Shown piece after piece: positions 25,416-38,118 of a stretch of DNA of 64,000 bases. Position numbers and translations under genes: made by a program. Source of the stretch: Tubulanus polymorphus (Eukaryota; Animalia; Nemertea); assembly GCF_964204645.1 (NCBI RefSeq), contig NC_134036.1, forward strand, positions 3,348,001 through 3,412,000, written 5' to 3'. Below the pieces are notes generated by a model. It was not told the DNA's origin, searched no databases, and worked only from the letters and a program-made list of their open reading frames with translations. Within the stretch, counting starts at the first letter, position 1. Every line of letters begins with the position of its first letter.

Positions 25416-28400
25416 ATGCCGTTTGTGATGATGTGCGGCTTTCCTTGCTCGGGAAAAACGACCAGAGCCGAACAGTTGAAGCGTTTTATCGAGGAGAACC
25501 GCAGCGGCGTCAGGGTTCATATTATTACTGAATCCGACCTAGGAAAAAACATTGTTTACATTGGTACGATACGGTCAATCTCAATTCAAATTATGATTTT
25601 ATTCGCCCACACTTATCAGACATAAACTAAGCTAATTTAATTCCATTATAAGCTAGCCAATTTCCATCCGGAGAAGTTTATTTATCAGCCAGTGTCCGGA
25701 CTATAAGCTGTCCAGTTCAATGTCTACTCTAGATTATAAGATGCTATAAGTACAGTTTGGACCAGACCCTGGCTTGCTTGAAAACCGTACAGTGTCCAGG
25801 CATCGATCCAAGCCTGTATCGAATGTCAAAATATGGCTAATATCCAACAAGGCCCAGTCCAATCTAGCCAGTGTCCAGTCAGAATTAACTAATGTCCTGT
25901 AATGCGACCAGCCAGCAGTGTCTCATTTAAACTACCTAATGTCCAGTTTAAGCTAGCCAATGTCCAGGTATCAATTCAAGCCAGTATCAAATATCGAAAC
26001 ATGGCTCATATCCAACTAGGCCCAGTCCAAGCTAGTCAGTGTCCCGTCAAAACTAGCTAATGCCTTGAAATGCTGCCAGCCAGCGTCGAGTTAAACTAGC
26101 TAATGTCCAGTCAAAGCTAGCCAATGTCCAGTCAGAATTAGCTAATGTCATGTTATGCCACCAGCCAGTGTCTCGTTTAAACTAGTGTCCAGTTCAGGCT
26201 AGCCAGTGTCCAGTCTGGCCAAATTAGCTAGTCCAATTTAAGCGGTTAATGTCCAAGCCAAATATTTTTGTAAAATATTGATATATCTATTTTCAGATTC
26301 GCTCAAAGAGAAGGAGACCAGGGCGACATTAAAATCAGAAGTTCAGAGGTGAGGCATGATTTATGTTTTTGATATGGCATGATCTATGTTTTTGATATAT
26401 CATTTAATGGCATTATTTGTGATAGGCCTTGCAGTCTGACTGGTTAAATAGTAATGAATGTTTATCTAAGACTAATTAAAATGATTTCATGTTGATTTCT
26501 TTAAATTTTCAGAAAAATCTCCAAAGAAGACGTCGTGATATTGGATTCATTGAATTATATAAAAGGTAGAAATCATTCGTTTCAGTTTGATAATGCCTGA
26601 AATCTGAGAAAGTACCAGTAATTATCTGTTGTATAATACGATTTCCAATTTTCTAGGATTCCGTTATGAACTTTTCTGCGTAACGAAATCAGCACAAACT
26701 CCTCAATGCGTGGTATGTATTTCACTAATAGTTGACCTGTGCCCGCCTGGTATCAGTTGTATACCATACTTGTAGTTATATATTATTCTGACGTAACTTG
26801 ATCAGCGGATTTAGTATTACCATATATGTAGATAAAGAGTATTCTGACGTAACAGGCACTTATCCTTAGATAAGGGCTTGTTATGCTTTCAGTCAAAGTC
26901 GAAAAGTCAATCAGAATTTTTTTGACTTGTTTTGAATTCAATGACAATGTGAACATCATCATCAGTAACTAATCATAATTTTACTGAATTGTTGAAGTTA
27001 CTGAGAATGAGATGGTCGTCATCAGTAACTACCATAATCATAATTTTACTGAATCGTTGAAGTTATTGACAATGCGATGGTCGTCATCAGTTACTTATCA
27101 TTATTTTACTGAATTGTTGAAGTTACTGAGAATTAGAAGATCGTCATCAGTAACTAATCATAATTTTACGGAATCGTTGAAGTTATTAAGAATGAGAAGG
27201 TCGTCATTAGTAACTAATCATAATTTTACTGAATCGTTGAAGTTATTGACAATTAGAAGATCGTCATCAGTAACTAAACATAATTTTACTGAATCCTTGT
27301 TTATGGTTGTTGATGTTTTAATCGTGTAGATATTCTGTGATATTAGCGAAGAATTATGCAAACAATGGAACAGCAGTCGTCCTGATGCTGACCAGTATTC
27401 ACATGATGTGTAAGTTTCTGCTGTTGACTAAAAAGAAAATCGTGTATATTAAATAAGGCTAAAAAAGAATACCTCGTTTCTCCTAATCAGCTGGGTCATT
27501 TTGTGAAACTGCAATAAAATTAGTAATCAGTTCATTTCCATATCTGCCGGGTCTGACAATGATAATGATTTAAGAATTGCAATATGATATGTACAGGGTT
27601 CATAGGGTCAACTCTTAAAAGCTCAAACAAGAAATGAGGTATCAATTTTTTTTAAAGTTAATATTCTATATATTCTATTGTTTTCTCTATATGTTAGTTT
27701 GAATGGATTGCTGATGAGATTCGAATGTCCCGATTCTCGGAATCGTTGGGATTCGCCGCTGTTCACGATACAAACCGACGACGAGCTGCCGTACGCGGAC
27801 ATCTGTAACGCCCTGTTTAATCAGAAAGCTCCGCCTCCAAATCAATCAACGCAATCGGTACGCCTTAACCCTTTCAGTGCTGACTAATTAATACCCTATA
27901 GTGCTGGAGAAAATTTGAAAATTCTAAAAAATTCCACCCTAGTGTGTTGAACAATGGGAATACCACTATAGTGCGTCTACACCGCAGTGCGGTGTATCGT
28001 TAGTTACTAGTATTTCACTATGTTTGACACTTGCTGCCATTTTTCAATAGAGATAATTACAAATTACTAATTCCATCAATACATCGCAGTGCGGTGTACT
28101 AGCAAAATCCATCACTGATTTATACACCGCACTGCGGTGTAGACGCACTGAAAGGGTTAAAGAAATTCATTATTGACCATTTTTTATGAAACTAGAGGGC
28201 CAGCCACCCCTATCATTTTTATATCCACCCGTCTGAGAAACAGCCATACCTTTTAAACTATCTGCTGCCCCTATCAGAAATAGAAAATTACACCAAAATT
28301 AAGGTTAAATTTTCTGTATTTTTGGGGGTTTGAAAAGGTGCAGCCCTGATGTCATACACTTAACACTCAATGCAGTCCCTTTAAGATTCCATCATATATG

Positions 28401-31400
28401 CATGGCTGGCTTCATAAATCCCCCTATGACATCATGGAAGTGGGCAACACATGTAACCTGAAAAAAAGGGTTGTTTAGATCGACTGACAGGATTGCTGTT
28501 CCAGAAAAGATGGCTGCCTCTGTTATCCTCCCTTTGACATTGTCAAATTTAGTGGGTCGGTCCATGCACTCCCAGCGAGAAGGGATAGTTGCAAAAAATA
28601 TCTAACTGTCTTTTGTTGTTTCAGCAACCGTTATCGTCATCGGATTTCCTTTACGAGTTGGATCGAATTACGAAAGAAATCATAAGCGTGAGTTCACTGT
28701 TTTATCTCTGCGCATCTGAATTCCACGGTTCAGGCTGCAATTTCACGAAAAAATTGACCACTTGGAAAATATTTTGAATTAACCTACACAGGATGGTGCT
28801 CCTGACCTAGGAAACCTGGAAAACTTAGGGAACCTGAAAAATCTAGAAAAAAATCGGGGAAAACTCGGGGAATTTGACAAATTTTACCAAAATCCTGGAA
28901 AACTGACCTCGTGTTTATTGATCAATGAATTCACACGATTCAATGAAAAATGAATGAATTGTAGCATTTTAGACCTAGAAATTTCTCCCGTTCACTCGAT
29001 GGAAATCGCATTGTGTAATCGCATGGAAATAAATATCTGGGAAAATTAAACTCGAGGGGATTTGTAAATTGGCGGAAAATGGCGCCAACCTGTTGTAAGT
29101 AACCATTGAGCCAGTTTATCTTAGATCGATTTAGGAGTTGAATCTTCTCGTGAAACTGGACAGTTTTGTTCATTTGTTCTGTGATCTTCGTGAATTGTGT
29201 TCACAATTTGTTCACATTTTTATCGTTTAGGAAATAATGTCTAGTCAAAAAACAGCCGTTCCCGGCGATGAGCTGAAGATTTCTGCAGCCAACGATTCAA
29301 TATCCTTTTTATATGATAATACCGGTATGTAGTCAGGTGAAGATCTAATTTTATACTAAAAAGGTTTGTTTAGAGACTGATTTATTCCAGTTTGGAAATT
29401 TTCCTACTATCTGGGAAATGTTCTATGCCTACTTACACAGTGACGGGTTTTGGGGGCGGTCTCGGGGTCGGGACACCTGCCTTCCCATTGATGTGACCCT
29501 TTTCAAGACAGAAATCGTTAAAAACCTGTAAATTTGAAACTCCTCCACTCGGAAATTGCAACCTTTCGGATTTATTTCCTCGAAAATATTCAAAACCAAG
29601 GGCGAAACTGTGGGGAACCGTAATAGAGGCCTCTGACTTGGCTGCTTCATGCGAGAAATGTCTTTTCTTTTCTTCTGGACCCGGCCCCTTCCAATTTTCC
29701 TCCATCCACCCCTGTTGCATACACGAAGGTTGTTTCTGTGCGTGATTTTTCATTTAGGTTTTCATAATAATAAAGACAAATTGAACGATAAAGAAAGAAC
29801 GATTAAGACAAGAGTATGTACAAAAATGTATTACTAGCCTATTTATAAATGCAAAATAATCGCTTGAAATGACTGAATTGAAAGCTTTATAAAAAGATTA
29901 TCAAGCAGTACGATTCACAGCTATAATCGATTGGATGATTGTGGTGGCATGCACGTAACAAGCCGACAGTTTAAGTAATTCAACTCAACGCAATATTTCT
30001 AAAACACTCCGAATAGTAAAAAAGATTCGACTAATGTTTCATTCTCTTGATTTCAATACTCATCAAGGACACGTTTAAACATGTTCAACATGTCCGTCGT
30101 GTTCGATAATACAATCAGATAAATGATACATGTATTCTTACATCCCTTCGCACTGCGAAGTAATAACTTAAGTTTTGCACAGGTATCTCATCGTTTAACT
30201 GGTTCCTAGCGCTGTCTGGCCTTACCGTTGACTTTCTTAAGGGGGCCAAGTCGGAAAGTCGTGGCTTAACTAATTCTAAACGTTCGTTGTCATATGTCGT
30301 AAGACTGGTCTAAACAAAATCTAAGACTTTACTGCACAACGGCCCGCAGTTTTCGAGTATGGATAGTACAACCTTGGAGAAATCATTTGACGAATGGTTA
30401 CTTCAAGGTACACAGCCCAGCCAGCCGCTGTTATCATGAAGATAAGTAAGGACTATAGGGCTAAACCCATTTAACCCACCCATCCAAAGCAAAAACAATT
30501 GACTTAAAGTTTTAGAATGACTCACGCATAGATATACATGATCACAAGCTAAAAGTGTGACTCAGACTACCAAAAAATATGAAATGGATTTTCCCTGATT
30601 AAAGAGGTTAAAGCTTAACTTTTACGGGGCCAGATTTCGCCTGGTGAGTTTATAGTTAAGTATATATATATATATATATCTATGAAGTAGAATTCTCTGA
30701 AAGCTGACTAATTTACATAGACTTATGCATTATTGCATTGTTTCTTTTTCTCACTGTAGAATAAGAACTATCGATATGTAACACCACCGACCGAAAAGCT
30801 GCGCGCTTCATCTCTTTTCGATCCCGACTCCACACTGAAATCCAACTGTCATTATCAGATCTAAAGTTCGAAATTTACCGCTGTTGTTGCTGCTGCTACC
30901 GGCTGCTCGATTCGTTCAAGTATTTCCGTCACTCGAATTTTGATTATCCATTAATTCAATCTCTTCAGAAGCATTTTGTCTGTGCGATTGTTCTTCTTGA
31001 TGATCTTTATGTCTGGCAGAAGTCGGTGACCGCGGCTTATTGCGACGATAGAGACAAACAGCCAACAACCCGAATAATACTGCCACGCACACCACTCCTA
31101 CTACCACTCCTACAATTTGACCGGGGTCGAGCGGATTTGATACCTGCTTTCCACTCTCGACTGTAGACCTTGTGCTGTTTAATACTGTTTGATTCAAGCG
31201 TTCTGTAGTCGCATCTTTACCTGGAAAAATTCAGTTTAGAAATGGTTAAATTCCTGAACCTAATTTTCTAAATCTTAGTCTATACCCAGTTCAACTGATG
31301 GGTTTAATTCAACTATGGACCTAGTTCCACAGTTGTTTGGGTCTCATTCGAATACGGATCCAGTCCACAGTTCCACAGTTTTTTTGTGGTTTAATTCTAG

Positions 31401-34400
31401 TGTGGATACAGTTGTGTGAGATAAATTTGTCTCTGGTCCCAGTTGCACGGTTGTTAGGATTTAATTTAAGTCTGGATCCAGTTTCACAATTTTGTGGGAT
31501 AAATTCGTCTCTAGATCCAGTTCCACAATTTTGTATTATATTTATTTTCTGAATAATTTACATCAATGTATAAAGGATATATTAATTTAGACTTGCATTT
31601 AACAGAAGTTATATAATTAATTTGTTTTATATATTACATATAAGCTCAAGCCATTGTTACATAAAGGACATAAAGAGTTCAATAATCAACGTTCAAACTT
31701 CAAGAAGCCCTTATCGCGGGGAAGTCCCTTTTTTATGGCGTCATCATGACGCATATATGACGAACAAACAATACCTCTTTTTTCATAGACTACGATGTCG
31801 TGGCAAACTTTTCTTAAGTCGTTAATCGAACAACAGATTGTCATGTTTCTGGTGACCGTGAACTGTACATGCTCGAGCGGTTGGTTCGTCGGTGTTTTGC
31901 TGATGTTGTTGCACTTTTTCCCGATCTTACCCTCGTACGGCGACTCGCGGAATTCGGGGCTCGTCGTGCATTCGTTCGACAACATGACGTCTTCTTCCCC
32001 GCGGCTCCGAGATTCGAATCTCAGAGTGCGCAGGAGCGGGTCATCTACGTGGTGTATCCACTGACATGTGGCATCCATCCTGGTGTTGTTAGCTACAGGA
32101 CTCGATGGCGTCACGGTCAATTCGAGTAAATCTGAAAGTATAGCAACGATCATCGAAGAAACTATTGACATTGATAAGACCGTTATTGTAGTTATTAATC
32201 ATTAAAGACGTTGCTAACAGCAATGATGACTCAGGATCATTTTAAAACACGTCAGCAAAAAAAATACATGCACCATCTTATCAGAATCTTGTGCTGGAGT
32301 TTCATAAGAATTCACCCGAGACATTTTTTGATAGAACTAAACATGAACTACCGCCAGTAATTAGATATTTCACCAACACGCGCCTTCGGACGGTGGACAA
32401 CGATGTGCGAGTAGGATTTCCAGACTGACGATACCTGTATAAAGTGAATGGTTCGAGTAGAATTTGATTTTTAGAACACTTACCCACTTCGATCTTCCGG
32501 AATTCTCTCGGATAATTTTTATATGTGCAAACGTATGTACCAGCATCGGCGAAAGTGAAATTATCATTCGTTACATTGACGACCGCATGATCACCGTCCT
32601 GCATCTGATTCGAACTCCATTTGTTGAATTTAAGGACATCGCGTCCATTTGCGATGTATTCATCGTCGGTGCCATTTTTTTTGCATAATCGCGTTTGGTA
32701 ATCTCTATCGTCGTCAGCCGGTCCACACGCTATCGTCACCGGACCCCCGCTCGCCGGTAGCCTCAACGAAGACGGCGTGACTGACATGTTTATCTTAGGA
32801 GATCGCACCACACCTGTTGAAGAGATGATGGTATTACGACATGCTCATGTCAATGATGAGGGAAACCTGGAGAAGGGAGCGATCGACGTCTCGTAGAATC
32901 TTTGGCATTGGTTTGCCGAAAACCGTTCTAATACGAATCCAAATTGTGAAGCATTATTGAAACCAGAGTAGTGATTTCGTTTGGAATCTACGATGTCTGG
33001 TGTACTAGAACTCATCATCGGATGCCTTAATTGAAAATACCGCTACCGACCGGCACGCATTAGATATTCTATTAGCACACTTTTAAAAAGCAGTACTTCG
33101 CCAGAGACGTCGATAGCTGTTTTAGTCAACAGCCGAACGCCGTGGTTTCATTTTGATAAATTCTGTCGCATTAAATTCGAATTGTGGGACTTCCTCATTT
33201 ATTCATTCTACGTATTACCATTCATCTCAATTTCTGATCGTCCATTCGATGCTTCTCTGGAAGGCAGTGGTTCGAAGCCTGTGACATGATGTAATGCCGG
33301 GCATGGAAAATCTCACGGATCTCTTTCGTTTTCTTGCAATAAAACAATGTCTATTCTGACTTACCTTTCAAACTTCTGGCGTTCACCGCTCGTGGTGTAC
33401 AGGTCGAGACGATGAGACAAGTCGCCATCAAAGCGAAAATAAGCCGGATCATTTCTACTATAACATCAGGAGAAACTATGTTGCCTTCTGTTTCAGTTAA
33501 AGCCCTTTTCATCATCGACCAGCTCGGTAACCTGCATCGACGGAAGTGAATCATTTACAGTCTGCGATACAAATTTTAATCGTTTGGTGGCGTCTCGTAC
33601 GCTACGTTAGTGGGTAATGGGTAATTTATGCAAATTTATCCACGAAAATCGCGCACCGTCGCCATACCCGGATCAGTACGCGTGTTCGTTTCTGAATAAC
33701 TTATGCAAATTTACGATCCGAAAGGCAACATGGCCGCCCACTCGACTTCATGTTAACGTTTTATAATCCATCGCGATAAACCTATTATCCAAGTTACATG
33801 TACTATTAATTGTACTGAATGGAGTATTTGAATCGACCAATGAGTCCTAACAGACTTACAATTAGAAGTGGGTTCGATTTTGTTTGCAAGAATGGGGAAA
33901 ATCCCGTGACGTCATGGCTATATTTAGATAGCGTACGTAATCATATGCACACGGAAGTTACATATTTACATGGAGTCTAACTGTGTGACACAAATTCGAT
34001 TGACGACGAGTAAAATCTGTTGGCGAATTTCCAAGATAATATAATGTGAAAATATGTATTTGATTTTTATAACTGTTCGGTGGCGGATATTGAGGCAACT
34101 GATGAAACACCGGCGGCCGTAGATGTTAATTAGACCATTCCCTAATCCCATATGACGTCACCATCAAACTACCGACTGTGAAATCGCTAGTAGTTTCAGG
34201 CGCAAATTTTGCAAATTCTTTTTTACCCTTATTTAAATGAAAGTTTCGTACCTTACCTTTTAAAAGCGTCTAAAGCCCGCGATACCAATTTTCAGAAAGT
34301 GAAAGTTTGTTCCAGACGCCGTCGAATAATCACATTTATCGTTTATCCGTTTAACACGCGAAATACTGAAATTGATACGATTCGCTTTCTTTTACGCGAA

Positions 34401-36440
34401 ATCCTGTTAAAATCGACACAATTAGCCCTCTGTTTGTCGCAGAAACGTTGGTTCGATCTATGTTTGACTGAAGACTGAAGGCGTAATGAATTGAATACGC
34501 TCCTGTCGTCGCTTTTATCTTGCACGGGTCAACGATGGCGTTTGGGTTTCCCTGATAAACTAAATTAGGATCTTATCGTCATACTAGGTGCTTACGTCAT
34601 GCTTAAGAGTATACTTGAAATTCCGGACCCATCACTTTGACTCAGTTTTACATGTACGGTCACATTTAGTCGCGAAATGAAATCTAACTTTTACATCAAC
34701 CCTTTATCCTCGATTTGTCGTCACGTCGCAATTCACATTTTGATTTTTTTTTACGTGCACGTTCGATTCATATTGTCCCGTTTCTATCCGTATAGTAATC
34801 TGTAGTATATGATCATTTATTATGCATAAGTCTATTTCCATTAAGTCGATTAAACATATCCAGGACTCACGCACGTAAGCGAGTTGTTTATATTTCATAT
34901 GCGTAGAGAGAGTAATAGGCCTATATTTAATCTGTGTTGTTATGTAGTGTTTTTCCGACCGGTTATGTGCGACCAAATTGACTGATACTGCGTCACAGCT
35001 GTGTCAGAAAAAGGGCCTTCTGTAGTACATTAAATACATAATTGAACGGTTAAAGTCGCTGTCTAGAAATGGCTGAGATAAAAATCCTGAACTCTACAAT
35101 TCGTGGCCACTTGCCTCGAAATCAGGAAAAGTTGGGGAATAGTCAAGGAATTTTGTTTAAAAAAAGAGAGCTAAAAATCATGGAAAGATTAGGGAAATTA
35201 GTTGAGATTTCTAATTCGCGCACAAAATCCAACAGTTTCCATCTCTGACTGTGCAGATCAAGAGTCAAATAATAGTAGCCACCCTGATCTAGATGAACGC
35301 TTTTAGGAAAGTGTGTTGTTGGAATGCTGATATATCTGGTTTTTTGAATTTAAAGTATCTCAGGTGAAGTTCTGAACACATGTGAATTGCGCAGATAAAA
35401 TGTCTAATGTCTGGTGTTTGTAGTTGAAATGTCTTTTGTCTGGTGTTTGTAGTTCAGGTGATGTTACGAAAATACACGCGAAGCCTTGGTGATCAAATAT
35501 TCAAAAAAAAAGTCTCAAATGTTTTAAGTCTTTGGGCTGGTTCCTCAGTTGAGACTTAAGTCCAAAAATGATCTTAAATTTTAAGACCGGTGTTTAGTTA
35601 TTAGATTGGTTTATAGAACTAAAATGGTCTTAAATTGGTCTTAAGTCTAAGCCATGACTATGGAACTGGGCTGTGGGTTGATTGTCGCATTACTGTGGAC
35701 AAAAACACCATACGGTGCGTGCAAGTGTAGTATTTTTTTTGTGAAAGGAATATACCGGTAGTGAATATATCTGTCGCATATGTGTCACCGAAAATTTGTA
35801 GCAAGTTTCATATGGTCTCAACTATGTTTGTCACCAATATTGACCTAATTAGGGAACCTGGTGATTGTTTACCTCTCTCTAAAAATATACCATCATAGAT
35901 CAGGGCAGTGTAATAAGTTACACATTACACTTCCTGCATAGATATAGAAATGAAAAGTTATTAGGGATGAAAATGGCTTTAGAGGAGTTGATCCAGGCTG
36001 AATAAAGGGGTTCACATATGAAAAGGCACTTTTCAGTAGTTAAAAAGAATAAAAGTTTGAAAATTGAGGTAGATTTTTATGCAGTTTTAGCGCATATTAG
36101 TGCTTTAACCCTACTGTGGACTTTAGTCATAAATCAAGTAAAGAGTAGCTCTTTAAATATAAATGTTAATACCAATTCTTGGTATGTAGGTTTTCGTTGT
36201 GAGATTTTCTCGCTTCGGAGAATTTTCTTTCTCGATTCTGTTTAATTCTAGGAAATATCCGAAACGTTTATGGCGTGTTTTTTTCCTTTACTGTCGTACT
36301 TCAGTTTTCAGCGAGTCATCACTTTGGCCGAACTGCAGAGATCCCGCCGTCAGTTCATCACCTACACGAAAGTGCACACGGTCGACGTTCCCAAAATAGC
36401 GAACTTGTTCGTTCAGTATCTCAACAACAGCGTCAAATAA
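25416..36440 (+). CDS. KTI12: Protein KTI12 homolog (Elongator-associated P-loop ATPase), 9 exons, last intron U12-type AT-AC
   Basis: Exons 25416-25563, 26297-26348, 26513-26565, 26657-26712, 27330-27409, 27698-27857, 28625-28687, 29231-29299, 36300-36440. Protein contains MPFVMMCGFPCSGKTTRA, VILDSLNYIKGFRYELFC, MRFECPDSRNRWDSPLF, PPPNQSTQSQPLSSSDFLYELDRIT and TLAELQRSRRQFITYTKVH...IANLFVQYLN. Confidence 0.96.
25640..26260. repeat. Degenerate ~22-bp minisatellite (agctagccaatgtccagt) in KTI12 intron 1
   Basis: Many recurrences of ctagccaatgtccag / ctagctaatgtcc. Confidence 0.75.
26958..27296. repeat. ~60-bp tandem repeat (~5.5 copies) in KTI12 intron 4
   Basis: tcatcagtaactaatcataattttactgaatcgttgaagttattgagaatgagaagg is repeated. 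About 1.5 copies also occur at 55425-55510. Confidence 0.9.
27865..28160. mobile_element. piggyBac-type MITE with TTAA target-site duplication
   Basis: TTAA|ccctttcagtgc ... gcactgaaaggg|TTAA. Relatives at ~12170-12330 (inverted), ~14850-14925 and ~19860-20015. Confidence 0.85.
30916..33452 (-). CDS. Two-Ig-domain type-I membrane protein (Ig gene A), nested antisense in the KTI12 U12 intron
   Basis: Phase-1 exons: 33452-33365 (signal MIRLIFALMATCLIVSTC), 32813-32484 (Ig1: VTIAC...FTFADAGTYVC), 32131-31775 (Ig2: DATC...MTICCSINDLRKVC), 31220-30916 (stalk, TM IVGVVVGVVCVAVLFGLLAVCLY, RRNK tail). Confidence 0.88.
31290..31535. repeat. ~30-bp minisatellite (tctggatccagttccacagttg)
   Basis: ggatccagtt(c/t)caca units are repeated. 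Confidence 0.7.
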
Positions 36441-38118
36441 AACCGTCGTTTACCGCGTAATTATCTTGTACGATCTTCTTTTTAATCGTTTTGTTGTTTG
36501 AAGAACTCAAAACGGGGAAAACTAACCACTGGTTGAGGCGCATGTTTTTTTTCCCATTTTCGTTTCGAACTAAAAACTTAATCCTCAAGAACACACGTCG
36601 TGTTTCGACGATCACTTCGTCATTTTATTTCATTAGATGCATGCCAAAGTGTGGGCGAACACCTTCTGTTCATTTTGAATTTGAAAATGTCCCGGCAGGA
36701 ACGCACGTGAAGTATGGACAATCGAGAAGAAAGTCGTTTCATGAATATCGACAGTTCTTTTCCTACCAAGTTTGCGTTATGAAATTTGTTCGATTTGAAA
36801 GCCAACTGATATTTTGATATCGTACTCGTTGTTCGCACTTTATTTTCGCATATTATATAATACAGTCGAAACACATGCATCCACAGTTACACACTGCACT
36901 ATCAAGCGCACATATCGTTACCAGTTAAAAAAAAACTTTATCAATATCAATACAATATATGAGGAAAGCGAACTCCTAACGTGTATAAAGTTCAATGGTC
37001 ATTGGCACGTTGAAAAAAATCTTTTTCGAATTCAATAGATAATCTCAATAGATAGAATGAAGTGAATACAATGATTGATTGTAGCGTAAATATAGAAAAT
37101 AGAAAAAGAAGGCCTAACGATCAGCATTGCTTCTGCACACGTCGTGGTCTGCTGTAAACAGCACCGATTTATGAAGTCATTTGATTCGCATAACTCTAAT
37201 ATCATATCATGCGTAATATTATGTATCATTCCTAAGATGGCATTATTGGATCACGATATAAACTAAGAAGGACTTTCAGTGAATGTTGAGGATTGTTATG
37301 TACCGTTTTATCTATATGAGCCCAATGAAAAACACCAGTGCATCGGTAAACTGAATGGGAGGTGCCTCAACGTGTGTTTTAGCACTTTGAATTGAATTGA
37401 GCAGACGCCTCTAGTGTGAATCAAATCAGTCACTGTTAACCACTCCACTCGGGACTTAACTGCACTATGCACAGTGAAACACAGTGTGCTCTTAATCTTC
37501 ATCTAGGCACGTTACCAAACGAATTTGATAAAATTATAGTTTTGAATGTTTAGGTCAACAGGATTGTAATAAACTATTGAATAGATATACGAAAACTTAA
37601 CGTGCCAACGACCTTAAAATGCTACTGCGGAAGTTGTTTCAGCTGTGGGAATAACAAGGAAACAGTTCAATATATATTTATGGAAAATTGTATCGTTTAG
37701 TTTCTCATCCAAAATTTATTCATCTTTCTACGTATCTTTAATTGACGTGGGAGATCGCTTTCCACGCCCGTTTTCAATACATCTACAGGCACATACTACG
37801 AAGCATACTCAGGATTTCGTGACCTCGATAAATGTTGATTGACAAGCTCATAATTAGGTACCCTAATCGGAAAAAAAGATATCTGTTCCGAATGTAAATG
37901 ACCAATAGTAAAAACAGCGAATACATTTCAGATCATACAGGAATGTGTGTTAGAATTATTAATACTCTCATCGGAAAAATGCTAAAAATGCTTTTATTTT
38001 GATATGATCACATTGTAAGAAACCGTAAATACCCTTATCTAGTGTCAAAAAATAATGTCAAATATCAAAAACATAGCAAAAAGATTCGTCGTCTCATTTT
38101 AAGTCACAGGAATGTGAA

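Larger units (their letters stand above)
29300..36299 (+). other. U12-type (minor spliceosome) AT-AC intron of KTI12, 7.0 kb
   Basis: 5' site ATATCCTTT at 29300. Branch-like TTCCTTTAC at 36283-36291, followed by AC at 36298-36299. Joining gives in-frame ...AANDS|FSFQRVITLAELQR. Confidence 0.92.

Noticed and set aside
27012-27329. 105-aa repetitive ORF
   Set aside because: It is the translation of the intronic 60-bp tandem repeat.
29433-29753. 106-aa ORF inside the U12 intron
   Set aside because: No recognisable motifs or splice context; it overlaps repeat-like sequence.
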